Shown: positions 40,418 to 54,974 of the stretch, piece by piece
Layout: each line of letters begins with the position of its first letter
How positions within the stretch are numbered: the stretch's first letter is position 1
Origin: the human T2T-CHM13v2.0 reference genome, Homo sapiens
Reading direction: 5' to 3' (one strand)
DNA: 64,000 nt
Assembly (NCBI RefSeq): GCF_009914755.1
Contig: NC_060929.1
The notes under the pieces: model-generated
The model's database searches: none
Seen by the model: only the letters and a program-made list of their open reading frames with translations
What the model was told of the DNA's origin: nothing
Translations under genes and position numbers: made by a program

Positions 40418-40725
40418 TCCTTTTTTTTTTTTTTTTTTTTTGAGATGGAGTTTCCGTTCTTGTTGCCCAGGCTGGAGTGGAATGGTGTGATCTTGGCTCA
40501 CTGCAACCTACATCTCCTGTGTTCAAGTGATTCTCCTGCCCCAGCCTCCTAAGTAGATGGGATTACAGGCATGAGCCACCACGCCTGGCTAATTTTTTGT
40601 ATTTTTAGTACAGATGGGGTTTCACCATGTTGGCCAGGTTGGTATCGAACTCCTAACCGCAGGTGATCCACTCATCTTGGCCTCCCAAAGTGCTAGGATT
40701 ACAGGCATGAGCCATGCACCCATCC
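40418..40725 (-). mobile_element. AluS (Sq/Sp-like)
   Basis: GAGTTTC...TCTTGTTGCCCAGG...AATGG, with TSD AGTT(T/A)CCTTTTTCTT. Confidence 0.95.
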
Positions 40726-40974
40726 AGTTACCTTTTTCTTACATGTTATCTGTTGTGTTCTTAGTTATTTTTAATTTCTTTTTTAACACAACTTTAAAAT
40801 ATCCAATTATTTGCTTGAGTATACTTAAACCCATTTGGAATGAGTACATCAAGGGGCTTTATGTTTGTTTTTCTGGGGAAAGTTTTACTCAATTGATATT
40901 TGTTGAATTTTGTTTTCTGATTTTTGCAATACTTCTATTAATGTTGTTCATGTTTGTGTTATTGAGGTGCTTAT

Positions 40975-41540
40975 CGTAAGAATTAAAGAAAGAGGAAAGA
41001 AACATGAAAGGTGGCTTGATGGTTAAGACAGGTTTATTTTAGAGAAAACAAACCTGAGAGGGGTGTTTGTCTGTGTTAGGTTAGAGGCACACTCTCTTAC
41101 AGACTAAGAGTTTTTAAGGATTTAGGGTGGGAGAGTTTATTAAAGGCTTGGACTGCTTCTGTGTTTCTTTGTTGTGCTTATTTGGGAGAGAGAGTTGTGT
41201 GTTTGTTCCTATACATTTTTCTGCCGCTGCAGGCATACGCCCAAGCCTGCTTTTAGCTTCCCTATTTTAGTGCACCTGAAGGGAAAGGAATGTGCTTATT
41301 AAGGCCCACTGTTTTACTGGGGCCCATTGTAGAAGGGTGAAGTTTTGCAGTTACCCAAGAGACTTTTTCCCCACCTTCTTCTGTGCTCGAACTGTTTTAT
41401 CTGTGTTTTACTGTCTGGTTTTTCTGGCTGCTTGTAGCTAGAGAAGAGAAGTGATTTTCTTGAAATGCACGAGGCTAAAAAGGGCACTGGAACTTAAAGT
41501 GGCAGCGTTCATTCGAGATGATGTTGTTCCTGCTCTGTCA
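40975..41540 (-). mobile_element. ERV1 solo LTR, LTR19-like
   Basis: (C)GTAAGAATTAAAGAAAGAGG...CAGGTTTATTTT (polyA signal on minus strand)...CCTGCTCTGTCA, with perfect 5-bp TSD CTTAT (40970-40974 and 41541-41545). Confidence 0.8.
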
Positions 41541-42061
41541 CTTATAGCGCCTTAATTTGAGTGTCCTCAGCTATGAATATAGTAAAGTCAGATATTCAGT
41601 GTTTCTTTTGGTTTTGTTTGCTTTCATAATTAAAAGAGGAGCTGTGTGCTTTCAGATGTTTTAGGTCTCTTATAATGTGCAGGATGTTAAATTTTCACTG
41701 TTATGCCTTTCTCTTCGTATCATTTAATTGCCAATTAGTGTTTTCCCTTCCTACTTTAAATATTTCCCCTAGTGTGAGTTTTAATGACAGTTTTTTCAAA
41801 TTGTTTACATTTTTTGGTGCCTTCCATGGGGACATATTTTTTCTATGCACTCAACCACCAGATGTAATTAGTATTTCAGACTACAACATTAATGTATTTA
41901 GTTCTTCTGGAAACAACTTTAGATCACTCTTAGGATCCATTGTTCCGTCTCTTTCTGTTTCATTCAGTCTTTCTAGGCTTGTCATTGCTGGCCCCTTGCC
42001 CTTCCCTGGGGTGGAGTTGGTGGAGGAATGTGAGTCTATCCATGATGTGACTTGGTGTTTT

Positions 42062-42065
<4 letters not shown>

Positions 42066-42098
<33 letters not shown>

Positions 42099-42300
42099 AT
42101 ATGTGTGTGTATATATATGTAAATATATATGTGTATATATGTAAATATATGTGTATATATGTAAATATGTGTATATATGTAAATATATGTATATGTATAT
42201 ATGTGTATATATGTAAATATGTGTATATGTGTATATGTATATGTATATATGTATATATGCATATACATGTAAAAATAATATACATGTAAAAAATACATAT
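42066..42300. repeat. (TG)n followed by TATATG/TAAATATATG low-complexity repeat
   Basis: Directly visible in the sequence. Confidence 0.95.
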
Positions 42301-42584
42301 GTAATTATGTAATGTCAGGAATTCTCTGCCCTCACGTTATGCTAAAAGATGGTTTTCAGGTGTTTTATTTTCAGTATTACTTTTACAGGAAATACGACAA
42401 ATGGAGACCTAGGTACTAGTTTTGTCTTCAACCATCAGCAATCCTTTATTCCTGTTTAAAAAATATTTTAAATTTAGGAAATAGTAATTCAAGTGTTGTT
42501 CATACTATTCAACTAATTCATACAAATTATCCATAGTAGATATATTTTACAAAATTTAATGTAAGGTTTTTGATGTATATTTTA

Positions 42585-42921
<337 letters not shown>

Positions 42922-44879
42922 TCTGATACATATTTATTTTAAATATTTCTCAAATATTATTGTTTTCAGTTAGAAAGAAAAATATATTTTGGAGAATTAC
43001 CATACACTAAAACCTCTATATGTGTTGTCATTTACTCCATAGAACAATCTGGCAGAGTGCGTCTTATTATTCTGGATATGTACATCAAGAGTCTGTAAAT
43101 TAACAGCAGAATGGATTCAGCATTTGAACAAAGCTTTTATATTACTCAAATTACCATGTGTGTTTTTATTCCATCAAGGTTTTAATCCAATTTCAAGTTC
43201 TACTTAAAATTATACTGTTTATGAAACTGTTATTCAAATAATAGAATCATTTAACCACAGATCACCAGAATCAATGAGTGCAAATGCATATAAGGAAAAG
43301 AATTGTGTCTCATATTTGAAAAATGATTTACTAATCTTCAAAGGAAGAACAACTTAACAAAAAAATTAAGATAATCATTTGTGGGATTAAATAAATCAAT
43401 GAAATGTTATTTCCAATTTTTATCAAAAGAGATATAATTACTCTTAAAGAGTATGTATCTTACTCTACTATGGTTATTTAATAGATACATTGCTCTAGAT
43501 TTAATGTAGTCCAATTGTTAATGACACTTCTGTGATCAAAGCAATACCATAATGTTGTAAATAGTTTATAAGATTCAAAAGCACTTTCAGAGAAAAATAT
43601 ATTTATATTTATATTAAAATCAATTATGTATCTATTAATATCCTTTAGGGTCAACAAATAGTCTGTGACACAGCACCATCCACATTTAATAGTAATTATT
43701 TTCTTTAAAAGTTTTTTCTTCTTATTTTTAATCATCATTTGTGTACCTGTAGACATTTTATAGCTTTTCTACTATATCAAATATGAATAAACAATCATAC
43801 CATTATGAAAATATATTTTAAGTTGTATTTTTAACTTAAACTTTAATACATCTGTTTAGTAATAAATTAAGAAAAATTTCAAATCAAGTTTATCAAATTA
43901 ATGTTAAATACATTATCTCTGAATAAAAATGATTTAATCAGAAGCCTAAATATATATCCCCCTTTTATTTAAAGTATTTCTAATCATATTACATGAATTA
44001 AGAGAAAATAATCTTTATTATCCTACTGACTGGGTAAAGAGAGTAGTGAAAACTTATAAGTAGAAGAGAAAGAAATGCCATATGAAGGTCATATACTAAA
44101 ACTGATTCTATAAAATTGATTTGATTTATGTTCGCATGCTGACCATTCCCAATAAAATTACACACTACAGCCTTGACCATCACAAGGCCAAATAAATTGA
44201 CTAGATCCGCAAAGAGTTGAACTTGAGGTAATCGAAGTACAGATATTGGCTTTTTGGAACAAAGCAGACTTAGAGGCGGTGGAGTGTGGATAATATCCAT
44301 TTTGCTTATACAGTTTTCCTCAAGGTCTTGGCCTGCATAAAAGGAAGTGGATTTGTCCTAGTGGGATTGTACATTTAACAAGATATTTATTTAAATTTTA
44401 TGTTCAATGTGCTATGTAAAATTTAATGTAGACAGCTTAAAAACATGCTTAAAAGTAGCACTTAGTGATTAAAAAAAAACTTGGTTGTGTCTAAGCACAG
44501 GTATTTCAAACAGTGTAAGTAACTTATCATTTCAATTGAGACATATTTGTGAAATGAATAAAAGTAAATTTCCAGAGCTTCCAGTTTACAATCTCTGTGC
44601 TTTTTAAATTTTAACCTCTTCTTCCCATTCTCTCTTTTCCCATTCGAGTGAGAAAACCAGCTCTAAAAAAATAAAATAAAATGAAAACTGGCAGCACCTT
44701 TGCACAAAATGTGACTTTCTTTTTGTGAATACATCACCCTATTAGGTGATACTAGATTGAAATTTCCAGAAAAAATTTTTACCCTGAATTACACAGAGTC
44801 GTTTAGATCAAATGCACTTCAGAATGTGGAAAGGAAAATTAGGAAAGTTGTATGAATAAGAAGGACAACAAGTATCATT

Positions 44880-45030
44880 TGCCTATCATGTGTTTGTCAG
44901 ACAGTTAGCAATTTAAATACATGAATTTGTTGAATCAACTATGGCTTTTATTATTCCTCACCACCATTTAAGTAATGGAGTCTCAGTGAAGTTTAGGACA
45001 TTGTTTAAAGCCATAGAGTTGTTTGACACA
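44880..45030 (-). mobile_element. MIR relic
   Basis: TTATTATTCCTCAC...GGAGTCTCAGTGAAGTTTAGGACATTGTTTAAAGCCATAGAG. Confidence 0.45.
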
Positions 45031-45619
45031 CTCATTAGAATAGCTTCTTAAATGTGCACTGAGCTTCTGCCCAGGATGACAGGAGGCTAATGAACATAAG
45101 GAAACCATTCCTAAACTGTGTGGTAAGGCAACACGGCACCATACATAACTCTGCAGAATATTTTACATTTTTGACAGAAACAAAAGGACGTTCAACATCA
45201 GGTGACACACAAAATACTAGTTTGAGTTCACAATTATAATATTTGATTATCCTACCTTCTTTTGTTGACGCCATATTTGTGAGGTTGAGTTTTGGTAGTT
45301 GCAATAATAAAAGGCAAGTACTGCATGAAAATCAGTGGAGAACTGTAAATCAGGATAGTCAATAGAATTTCAAGTCATTCGGCCCTGATGGGGGCACGCA
45401 TCCCATAAGTAAATGTGGTTATTAAAGACAAAAAATAAAATTATGTTTTTTTTTTTCAAATGACATGTTTGTTATTTCACATGACTCTTAAATTGTTAAG
45501 ACATAAATACTCGTTAAGGATTTTGGACTTACTATGTAGTTAAAAATAGAAACTCATAGATATTTTAAAAAGTAGCAACACATTCAGAGCTTCATGAACC
45601 AAAAACATTTTAGAATCTC

Positions 45620-45810
45620 TGGCATAGGGTTTGTACCAGTGTCCTCAGGTTGGAATCTCAATTTAATTGACCTGAAGCAAGTTAGAGAAACTCTGAGTTT
45701 TCTTACTTGAAAAATGTGGGCAAAATATCAAGTATCTCATGGGTAATTTTTTTCTTTCATAATTAAGTGTTTTAATGTAAATAAAGCATGTAAAAGAGAA
45801 TAAGGTACAT
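45620..45810 (+). mobile_element. MIR relic
   Basis: TGACCTGAAGCAAGTTA...CTCTGAGTTTTCTTACTTGAAAAATG...TATCTCATGGGT. Confidence 0.45.
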
Positions 45811-47371
45811 GCTAATACTAGCTGAATAGGTCTCATCTAGAAGCATAAAAACACACTGCATGAACCATGTTTTGGAACTTAAGGAACTGACAATTTTTAA
45901 GTAATGAATTAATAACTGCTCTAGTAGCTATATGTCAGAATGTATATGTTTCATTATAGTGTTTATAACGTCACATGAAAACACAGATTAAAATGTGCGC
46001 AGTTTATGTTTAAGGTAAGTAATACTTGTTTATTTTGTTTAGGAAAATCTCTGTTCATCAACCACACATGTAATTGAAAACACTGATTAATAAAACTATA
46101 TGAAATTATTTAGACTATTGGCACGTAAATTTTAATCTACATTCTCATAAAATCTTCACAAATAACAGCTAATCTAAACAGTTTGGTAGTTTATGGATGC
46201 AAAGATAGACGTTGGTATACTTTTTCAAAATGTAAAAGAATGATCAATATCAAACGGGGTATACTGTTTGCCACTTTGTTGGAGAAAGGACTACGTTTAC
46301 AGATTTCAAAAAGGCAATCTAGGGTATAGATGACATGTCTTACAATGGATTGAGCATACTGATGTTCTTTTTATTATTTTTATAAAAGTATACTTATGAA
46401 TCTTATGTTTTATTAATTTTTAAAAATACTTTAAAAAAAGAGACATCATTTTAAAACATAGCCCTTGCTTTTGAAATGCAGAGAAGCTTAGCAATCTACC
46501 TACATTTTAAATTTATATTTACATTACATTTCTTTCTGATATCTCAGCACCTCTGCAACATAGGAATGTAAGCTGCAGAAAACTGTAAGAGAAATTGCAT
46601 ATCCTGCTGAAGTCTTACCTAGAGTGAACGTTAACTTTTTCTGTTAATAAGCATGAGAACATTTGCCTTTAAAAAATTACACTGACTAAATTACCATCAT
46701 ATTAAAATATGAAATGGTTTTAATTATGCTATTATACTTTCAAATTGTCTCATACACTGAGATTTCTAAGAAAGCAAAAACAGGGTAGAAACATTTTGGA
46801 TGAAACAGTTATGACTATCCTAGTGACCCCTCACCAATCTTCCTACTGTGAAATTGCATGGCAGAGTTTCTGAATAACACCGCTAACTCGCTGAGAGTAC
46901 TAAACCCAATAAGATTTTCTTTAAAGTATGAAAGTCAGGCTTTGGGGCATGAAATAAACTACAAACGTGGAAAATGGCAGAGTCTTTCTGATTAGTCTGC
47001 CAGGGCATCAGGCCTGACTGATACCTATCCTTGGCACCATCATTCTGAAATAAATTTGTCAGAAAATAAGCCTACTTGCCAAATTTCATAATGCTGGCAA
47101 GCTTATTTCTACTTTTTCAACAGTCATTTGTGATTAAAAGCTAGGATTAAAAAAAAGGTCGATAGAATGTATTAGTTCTAACACTAAGTCACTGAAAAAT
47201 TGTGTGTATGTATATACACGTTATTTATGAAACATTGATATATCTGTATGAACTTACCTTTCTATATTAAGCTGTTGTGCATCATTAAATTATTTTTAAT
47301 ATTGTTATTTTATAAAATAAACAAAGTCCATTATTAATTTTTATTAGATAATTGGATTATTCTCCTCTTAT

Positions 47372-47675
47372 TTTTATTTATTTATTTATTTTTGAGACAT
47401 ATTCTTGCTCTGTCACCTAGGCTGGAGTGCAGTGGTGCAATCCGGGCTCACTGAAACCTCTGCCTCCCAGGTTCAAGCGATTCTCCTGCCTCAGCCTCCC
47501 GAGTATTTTGGCCTACAGGCACACACCACCACATCCGGCTAATTTTTGTATGTTTAGTAGAGATGAGGTTTCACCAGGTTGGCCAGGCTGGTCTCAAACT
47601 CTTGACCTCAGGTGGTCTGCCCCTGTTGGCCTCTCAAAATGCTGGGATTACAGGTGTAAGCCACTGCACCCAGCC
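47372..47675 (-). mobile_element. AluSx-like
   Basis: Full dimer with ACCTCAGGTG and TSD TCT(C/T)CTCTTAT. Confidence 0.95.
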
Positions 47676-47874
47676 TCTTCTCTTATCTTTAAACCACATG
47701 TGTATTTCTTTGCTTTTCTTCTCTTGGTCCAATGTACCATCTTGAATATCCTTGGAGTCTATTATTTGTAATATTTTTAAAGGAAGCCTTTCCCCAAGTA
47801 ACTTCTAGTTTAAAATATAATTGGCACAAAAAAGGACATCTTGCTGAGAAAAAAAAAAAAAACCTCATCTTGAA

Positions 47875-48260
47875 AGGCATGTGTTACTCAATTCATATAG
47901 CACTCCCTAAATTTGGAAAAAATAATAGAGCTATAAAATCTATTTAGTGGGTGCCAAAAGAGAGGGACAGGGAGGATGGCTGTTATTACAAAGGGGTAGC
48001 ATAAAGAAGATCTTTGTGGTGATGAGGTAGTTCTATATTCTGATTGCTGTGTTGGTAAAATGAACTTATACATGTGATAGGTGACACGGAACTACATAAA
48101 CATTTTAAACTAATGGCATGTTTCTGGTTTGACATTATTTTATCTGTATATGAATCGTAACCAATGGGGAAAATTATATAAAGCATGAATAAAACTTCTT
48201 TGCATGATCTTTACAATCTCCTATATGCCTAGAACTATTTCAAAATTAAATGGTTAAAAG
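47875..48260 (+). mobile_element. L1MD/L1ME-type 3' end
   Basis: AAAGGGGTAGCAT...TCTTTGTGGTGATG...GTTCTATATTCTGATTG...TACATGTGATA...TATTTCAAAATTAAA. Confidence 0.7.
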
Positions 48261-48952
48261 TGATAAAAAGACTATCTTTTAAAAATAATTATAATACAGA
48301 ACAATCTTAGTGCATAATTTGAACATAGGTTAAATAGGGTTTGAGAGAATTCTTTATTTTTTTTTGAAATTTCACAGGTGATGCAGCTATGAACATTGAG
48401 AATAAAGCCCCACCTAAAACTAACTCATTTAGTAAATTCATAAGTGCAAGTAGTAATTTAAGTGAAAAAATATAGTTTGACAATACCATAGCTGACACGT
48501 GCACAAATACATATGCATGAGTATATATAAAGTCTAAAATTATGTATATACCTATAAATCATTGTTAAAGCACATTCAAAAGAATAACAAAAATAAAATG
48601 AATTCGAACAGTGATAATTGTGGAAGTAGATATTGTGTAAAACAATTTACTTGAAAGTGAAGCAAAATATAACTGTTCAGTAATGATGGGAAGAAGTCAT
48701 AGTGTTCAGAAAAAGGTAGTTTAGACATTTTTAAGAAAAAAACTCATGAGTATTTTTGTAGGTGGATGTTACAAGGAACTCTAGTGGGTGAAGAGCAAAC
48801 AGTTCAGGGACTAAATCAAACTTCAAGAGAGTGCATGTTTTATGTAATCTGGTCCAAACTTTACCATATTTTAAAAAATACTTAAAATACTATTTTTATT
48901 TAAATTCCTTCAATGTATTTCAATGACAATTTATTTTAAAAAGCAAAAAACA

Positions 48953-49271
<319 letters not shown>

Positions 49272-50002
49272 TTAGAATTTTAATGGGGACAACAAATGAA
49301 CAAATATTTCTAATTGCTGTTTTAAAATGTGTTTTGATTTTGTTACTATAGTTGGCACTCTATAATAAGAGAAATTTCCAAGTTTATTTCAAATAAAAGT
49401 CACACTACAGAAGATGAACTAAAATTAACCTTGTTTTACATGAAAATGTTGAATGGTATATTTCTAGTCTTTTTATTTGTTATATCCAACTGATGTAAAA
49501 TATGTTTTGCTAATGAATCGTTATTTATTTCCAGAAACATGCCAATCATCTGTAAAGATAATTTACTTTCTTTTTATTAAGTATTGTGGATGATATGTTC
49601 TTGATTATCAAATATTTCAGTTATTTGAAATTTTTCATATATGTACACTAACATCTATAAAAGATCAGTATTGAACAATCAGCTTATTTTACTGATCGAA
49701 AATATGCCTCTGCAGATATCAAAGCTTTAGAATCATTATCATGTTCATCAATTATAATAAGTAGTAAAAAAGTCATTAATTGTGGTTAAAAGTATCATAT
49801 AAGATTGATGAAATAATTTGAAATATGTACAAATATATTTAATATATTTATTTGATATGTTTTATTTATTTAATTAAAATACACACATATATATATATAT
49901 GAGCCTTTTATTCACCAGATTTACTGCACATACATGTATACATGTCCAGAGGATGGAAAAGATTTTGGCATTAACTTACTTAATATATGGTGTGATTGAT
50001 GA

Positions 50003-50338
<336 letters not shown>

Positions 50339-50789
50339 AAAATGATTTCATGTGGAAGATAATTGAGTACATTTGTATATTAGTTATTTTATTTTGTTAG
50401 TGACCCTACAATGAGCCTCTTGGCAAGGTGAAATAGCGATATAGCTTTGGAGTCCCTAGTGAATGTAATTTAAAAACACATTCTGACTTTTGAGAAGTCA
50501 GGTGTCTAGCAGTAAAGAGGTCAATCAACAAATTTTTTACCAATTCAAAAAATAAAAATAAAATCTCCAGCAAATGACTTACTAACTAAAAGAAAACATG
50601 GAAAGAGAATATTATGACAGTGACTTAGATTAAAGTGGCATTTTTGGCTAAATAAATAACACTCTTAAGGCACTTCAAAATGATTCAGAAAACAATAGTG
50701 GAGAAAACAAATAAAGAGGAGTTTAGGAAATTCTGAGCCATTTCAAGAAGAGCCAAATATTTTGAGAGTAATGAGGAGACGGGATTAGA

Positions 50790-51582
50790 TGTGAAAACTG
50801 AAAATAAAGTCCTAAACCCCATACCAACTGAGTAATTTTCTCTTGGCCAACGGGGCTCCAGAGAAACCTTAAAAACTGAGTTTCTGGCCGTGATAGGGAA
50901 GCTGGACAAGCCTCATGACTCATTATATCCCCTCCCTTTGGGAGTTGAAGGAACAGCAACTGACCAGATTTAATAAAAAAAAAATACATATATAATATAT
51001 ATGTCTGTGTGTGTGTGTATATATATATAACACATGCATATATATGTATATGTATATATATGTGCGTGTGTGTATATATATACACTATATGTACATATAT
51101 GTGTGTGTATAAATATATATAATGAGATTAACAAAACAGAGTCTTTGTGAAAATAAGATATTAAATTATAAACAAAGACCTAAGGCCATTGATGACCTAT
51201 GGTCAGGCCATCGATCTTGCTACATAGCATCCTTCTGTTAACATAAAACATTTCTTTCTACTGGCTTCAAGTTTAGACAGAAACTCCTTTGACTAACTTC
51301 AAATTAAAGAATGTTCAAATCCCCCTATGACTTGTAAGAACCCACTTCAAGGTATCCTGCTTTGTTGGGGCTAACCAGTGTTTATGTTTCGTACATTGGT
51401 TTATGCTTTCGCCTGTAAATTTTTCCTCCCTGAAATGTATAAATCTAAACTGTGATCTGACTGCCTCAGCTGCCCTTTCTCAGTACTCCTTGAGACTGCT
51501 TCCCTAGGCTACAATCACTCATATTGGCCCAGAACAAAGCTCTTTAAAAAGCACTGTGCAGAGTTAGGTTTTTCCACTTGCA
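50790..51582 (+). mobile_element. ERV1 solo LTR, MER39-like (MER4 group), with internal TA/TG expansion at ~50985-51120
   Basis: AAAATAAAGTCCTAAACCCC...CCAGAGAAACCTTAAAAACTGAGTT...TCCCTGAAATGTATAAA...TCACTCATATTGGC. Confidence 0.75.
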
Positions 51583-52526
51583 AATAGAAATAGCATCGTA
51601 CTCTGGGAGTACACATCAATGGTAGAAGCTCATATGTAATGTCATAATATTCTTCAGATAACTACTAGGGTTTATCATTTCTACAACTTCACAGCCTTCG
51701 GGGCGACTTTCTGCATTTAAGGACATGCTCATGGGACTAAGACAGACATGTTTAATTAGAGATAACCCCAGAAGGGCAGCCTACCTTCTCGTGCTCAGGC
51801 CTAACATATGTGGTTAAAAATATCGAAAAAACAAACTGATTTTCATGCTAAAGACAAATATGACTCATATAAGGTGGGAAGTTTCAAGGAAATTTCTTGC
51901 TCATTATGTCAGAGAAAAGAGAAATTTGGTCATAGCTGCTCATGTTCAGCCCTAGAACGGTGACTAGAAAAAGTCAAGACAGGAAGTAGAAAAATTTGAA
52001 GAAACTTAGGTGTAATAGAAAAACAAGACCAAAATAATTATAACCCATGGGAATGCAAACAAATCTATAATTCATATATAACAATATAAAGTGATATAAG
52101 AATAAATTTACTGATGTGAAAACTCAGTATATAACCTTTGACAATATAACATGTTGAGATAAAACACAAGATTTCAAAGATATCAAATAAAACAATAAGG
52201 ATAAAATAACTTGAATGTAAGCTAAAATAATATTCAGTTATAAATTGAATACATTGGCAGAAAAATAAATACACATTGTGAAAACAATCTTGAGATTATC
52301 GGAAATAATGTTAAAATAATTAAATAAAGAGGATAATGAAGATAGGCTACACAGATAATAAAATATACATATAACTGTGGTACTGCAAATAAAACAGAAA
52401 AAAAGACATAACATAATAGTGAAGTTTTCCAACTAATATTATCATTTGACTTGATCCCCAATTCCTGTCTTTCTAATGAAATGATTTGCAGTCCTGGAAA
52501 AACTGTGAAAACAAATGAAGTTTTAT

Positions 52527-52868
52527 TTCTTCTTCTTCTTCTTCTTCTTCTTCTTATTATTATTATTATAATTATTATTATTATTTGAGATGGAATTTCA
52601 CTCTATCGCCCAGACTGGAGTGCAATGACGTGATCTCTGCTCACCACAACCTCCGTCTCCTGGGCTCAACTGATTCTCCAGCCTCAGCCTCCTGAGTAGC
52701 TGGGATTACAGGCATGTGCCACCATGCCCAGCTAATTTTTGTATTTTTAGTAGAGATGGGGTTTCACCATGTTGGCCAGGCTGGTCTTGAACTCCTGACA
52801 TCAAGTGATCTGCCTGCCTCAGCCTCCCAGAGTGCTGGGATTACAGGCGTGAACTATCGCGCCTGCCC
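52527..52868 (-). mobile_element. AluS (Sx/Sz-like) with compound (CTT)n(ATT)n tail
   Basis: Full dimer with TSD ACAAAT(G/C)AAGTTTT. Confidence 0.95.
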
Positions 52869-53114
52869 ACAAATCAAGTTTTATATACATATTTTGTCTT
52901 GGAAACAAGAAAGGAAAAATTTTGCATTGCACACACATTGGAGAAAACTCAAGCATCATGTAATAAAATTAATTAAAGCTAAGAGCCTGTCCTAATGGTT
53001 TTATGCAATTGGTATAAGCCTAAGAAGCTGAAGAACAGAGGTTTAAAGATTGAAAGAAAAAGAGTGATAGGTCCTCTTATCCTAACTAGCTAGAAAGTCA
53101 GAAATATAGTCATA

Positions 53115-53622
53115 CTTTCAGAGAAGAAATACTTTTTTCTCACCCCTCCTAGGTTCTGTGATTGAAGACCTGTGAATTAAACTGGCAAAAGATAGATTAG
53201 AAAAACAAATACGTGTAATTATATTTGAACGAAAATTCACAGAAAAATATATGACTCATAGGAATAGTTAGATTTGTGGTTTATATACCATCTTAATAGG
53301 GCAAGAGGTTGGAGAGAATGGTACTTAAGAGAAAACAAATGACTATTTGGGAAGATAAATAAGCCCTTAGGAGAACAGAGGGGAGATAAGATAGTTCTGT
53401 GGCAATGTAGGTTTCAGGTGGTGTAGAAACTTCTCATCTCCAGTAACAGTCAATCTTGCCTGGTTGCTTTTGGGAGGAAATTTATCATAATTGTGTTCTT
53501 TTCATTCTTCTGGAAGGCTCTGCTTTTGGGCAGATGAGAGATTTCAGGAACTCAAATGCCTTCTATTTGAAATCATTCTTTATTTTTATTTTGGCCGCAG
53601 TGGTGTATTCTGGACCCCTTCA
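53115..53622 (-). mobile_element. ERV1 LTR, MER34-like
   Basis: CCTGTGAATTAAACTGGCAAAAGATAGATTA...TTATATACCATCTTAA...CTGCTTTTGGGCAGAT...TATTCTGGACCCCTTCA. Confidence 0.65.
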
Positions 53623-54789
53623 ATATGTAACTGGGTCCACTGATGTGCTTTCCTATCAATACAAAACTTAACAGGAAAATATCCAGTCAAAGGACTGGGT
53701 AGCAGTAGGAAAGGCCCCCAGCAGTTTAACATTGTCTTATAGGACATTTTCAGCATTATAACGTAATTCCAAAATGCTTGTGGTGGTGCCAAATCACACT
53801 ACTTAGTGAGGCCAGAATATACTAGGAAAGGAACACAGAAATCATTCTTGAATGTTGAAAGAATAAAAAAAAGTGCATGCATGCATGAGCTATGTATGTA
53901 TATACATATATACAATTTTATATATTTATATGAACATAGTAGATTCTACCCATAGTCAACCAGAAAACTACAACACACAATTACTCTAGACCATGAGATT
54001 TGCATTGCTACAATAACAAAATAATTATTACTAAGAAATAATTTACTATAATATTAAAGAACAAAAGTATTTGTCTATGTTGAGAATCAAAGATGCAATA
54101 AACTGTTAAATTTACTCTCCAAAGTTGTTAATTTTTTTAAAAAATCAGTTTTCAGTATTTAAATAAAAATTCCAGGAAGAATGTATTGTGTATGGCAAGA
54201 TATATACTTTAAGGCAAGGACCAGGCTGTCTTTGAGGGAAAAAAAGTGCATTTTCTAGCATTAAAAATATACCACTAATTTTTAAAATATCTCCACGTAG
54301 AAATGTACAGTAGATGAGAGATCGCTAAAGAGATATTTAATTAAATCATTCCTAATGCAACATACAGAAATAACAAGATAGGAAATAAGAAAGAGAAGTT
54401 CAAAGAGAATTTTGTGAAAAAAAGAATTATACATCATACCGTGAATCTAAAAGGACTCCTTGAAGGGTATAATTTAGAGACAGTAGGATAGAGGCAACAA
54501 TTGAGAATTTTATATTCTCATTTTTCTCATATTTCTAGAAATCAAGAGAATGAGTGACAGATGTGGAGAACTGGGTTCTTGCACCATCAAGGATTTTAGG
54601 ACAGGTGTACAGTTCTCAAAGACGCTGAATTACTCACCTCCAGTTATGAACAACATTTTCTCTTTTCCCCAGTACGATAGATAATATTATACACCAGTGT
54701 GTGTCATCTACATGAAAAGTTTGGGAAACACTCTACTAGCCCATAGGTACTGACACGCAGAGCATAAATACCTGCTGTAGCTACCCAAT

Positions 54790-54950
54790 TTCTAGTCACT
54801 AGTGATGATGCACCAGTGAACCAAATGAACCATACACCTTCCCACCCATGTGAAGCTTTTATTTTATTTGTGTGGAGAAAGGAAATTAAGCAAATAACCA
54901 ATAAACATGTAAAAATTCAGGCGACCCTAAATGCTACTAAGACAAAAAAG
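54790..54950 (-). mobile_element. L2 relic
   Basis: CAGTGAACCAAA...CCATGTGAAGCTTTTATTTTA...AAATGCTACTAAGACAAA. Confidence 0.45.
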
Positions 54951-54974
54951 ACCACATGTGAAGAATGCATTTTC

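Noticed and set aside
41675-42298. Longest ORFs (204, 134 and 112 aa)
   Set aside because: Their length comes from stop-free TG/TA simple repeats, giving low-complexity CV/YI/HT peptides.
47427-47771. Alu-derived ORFs (also 20061, 20189, 30012, 30107, 40614, 49029, 52714, 61922)
   Set aside because: Typical Alu translations with no evidence of exonisation.
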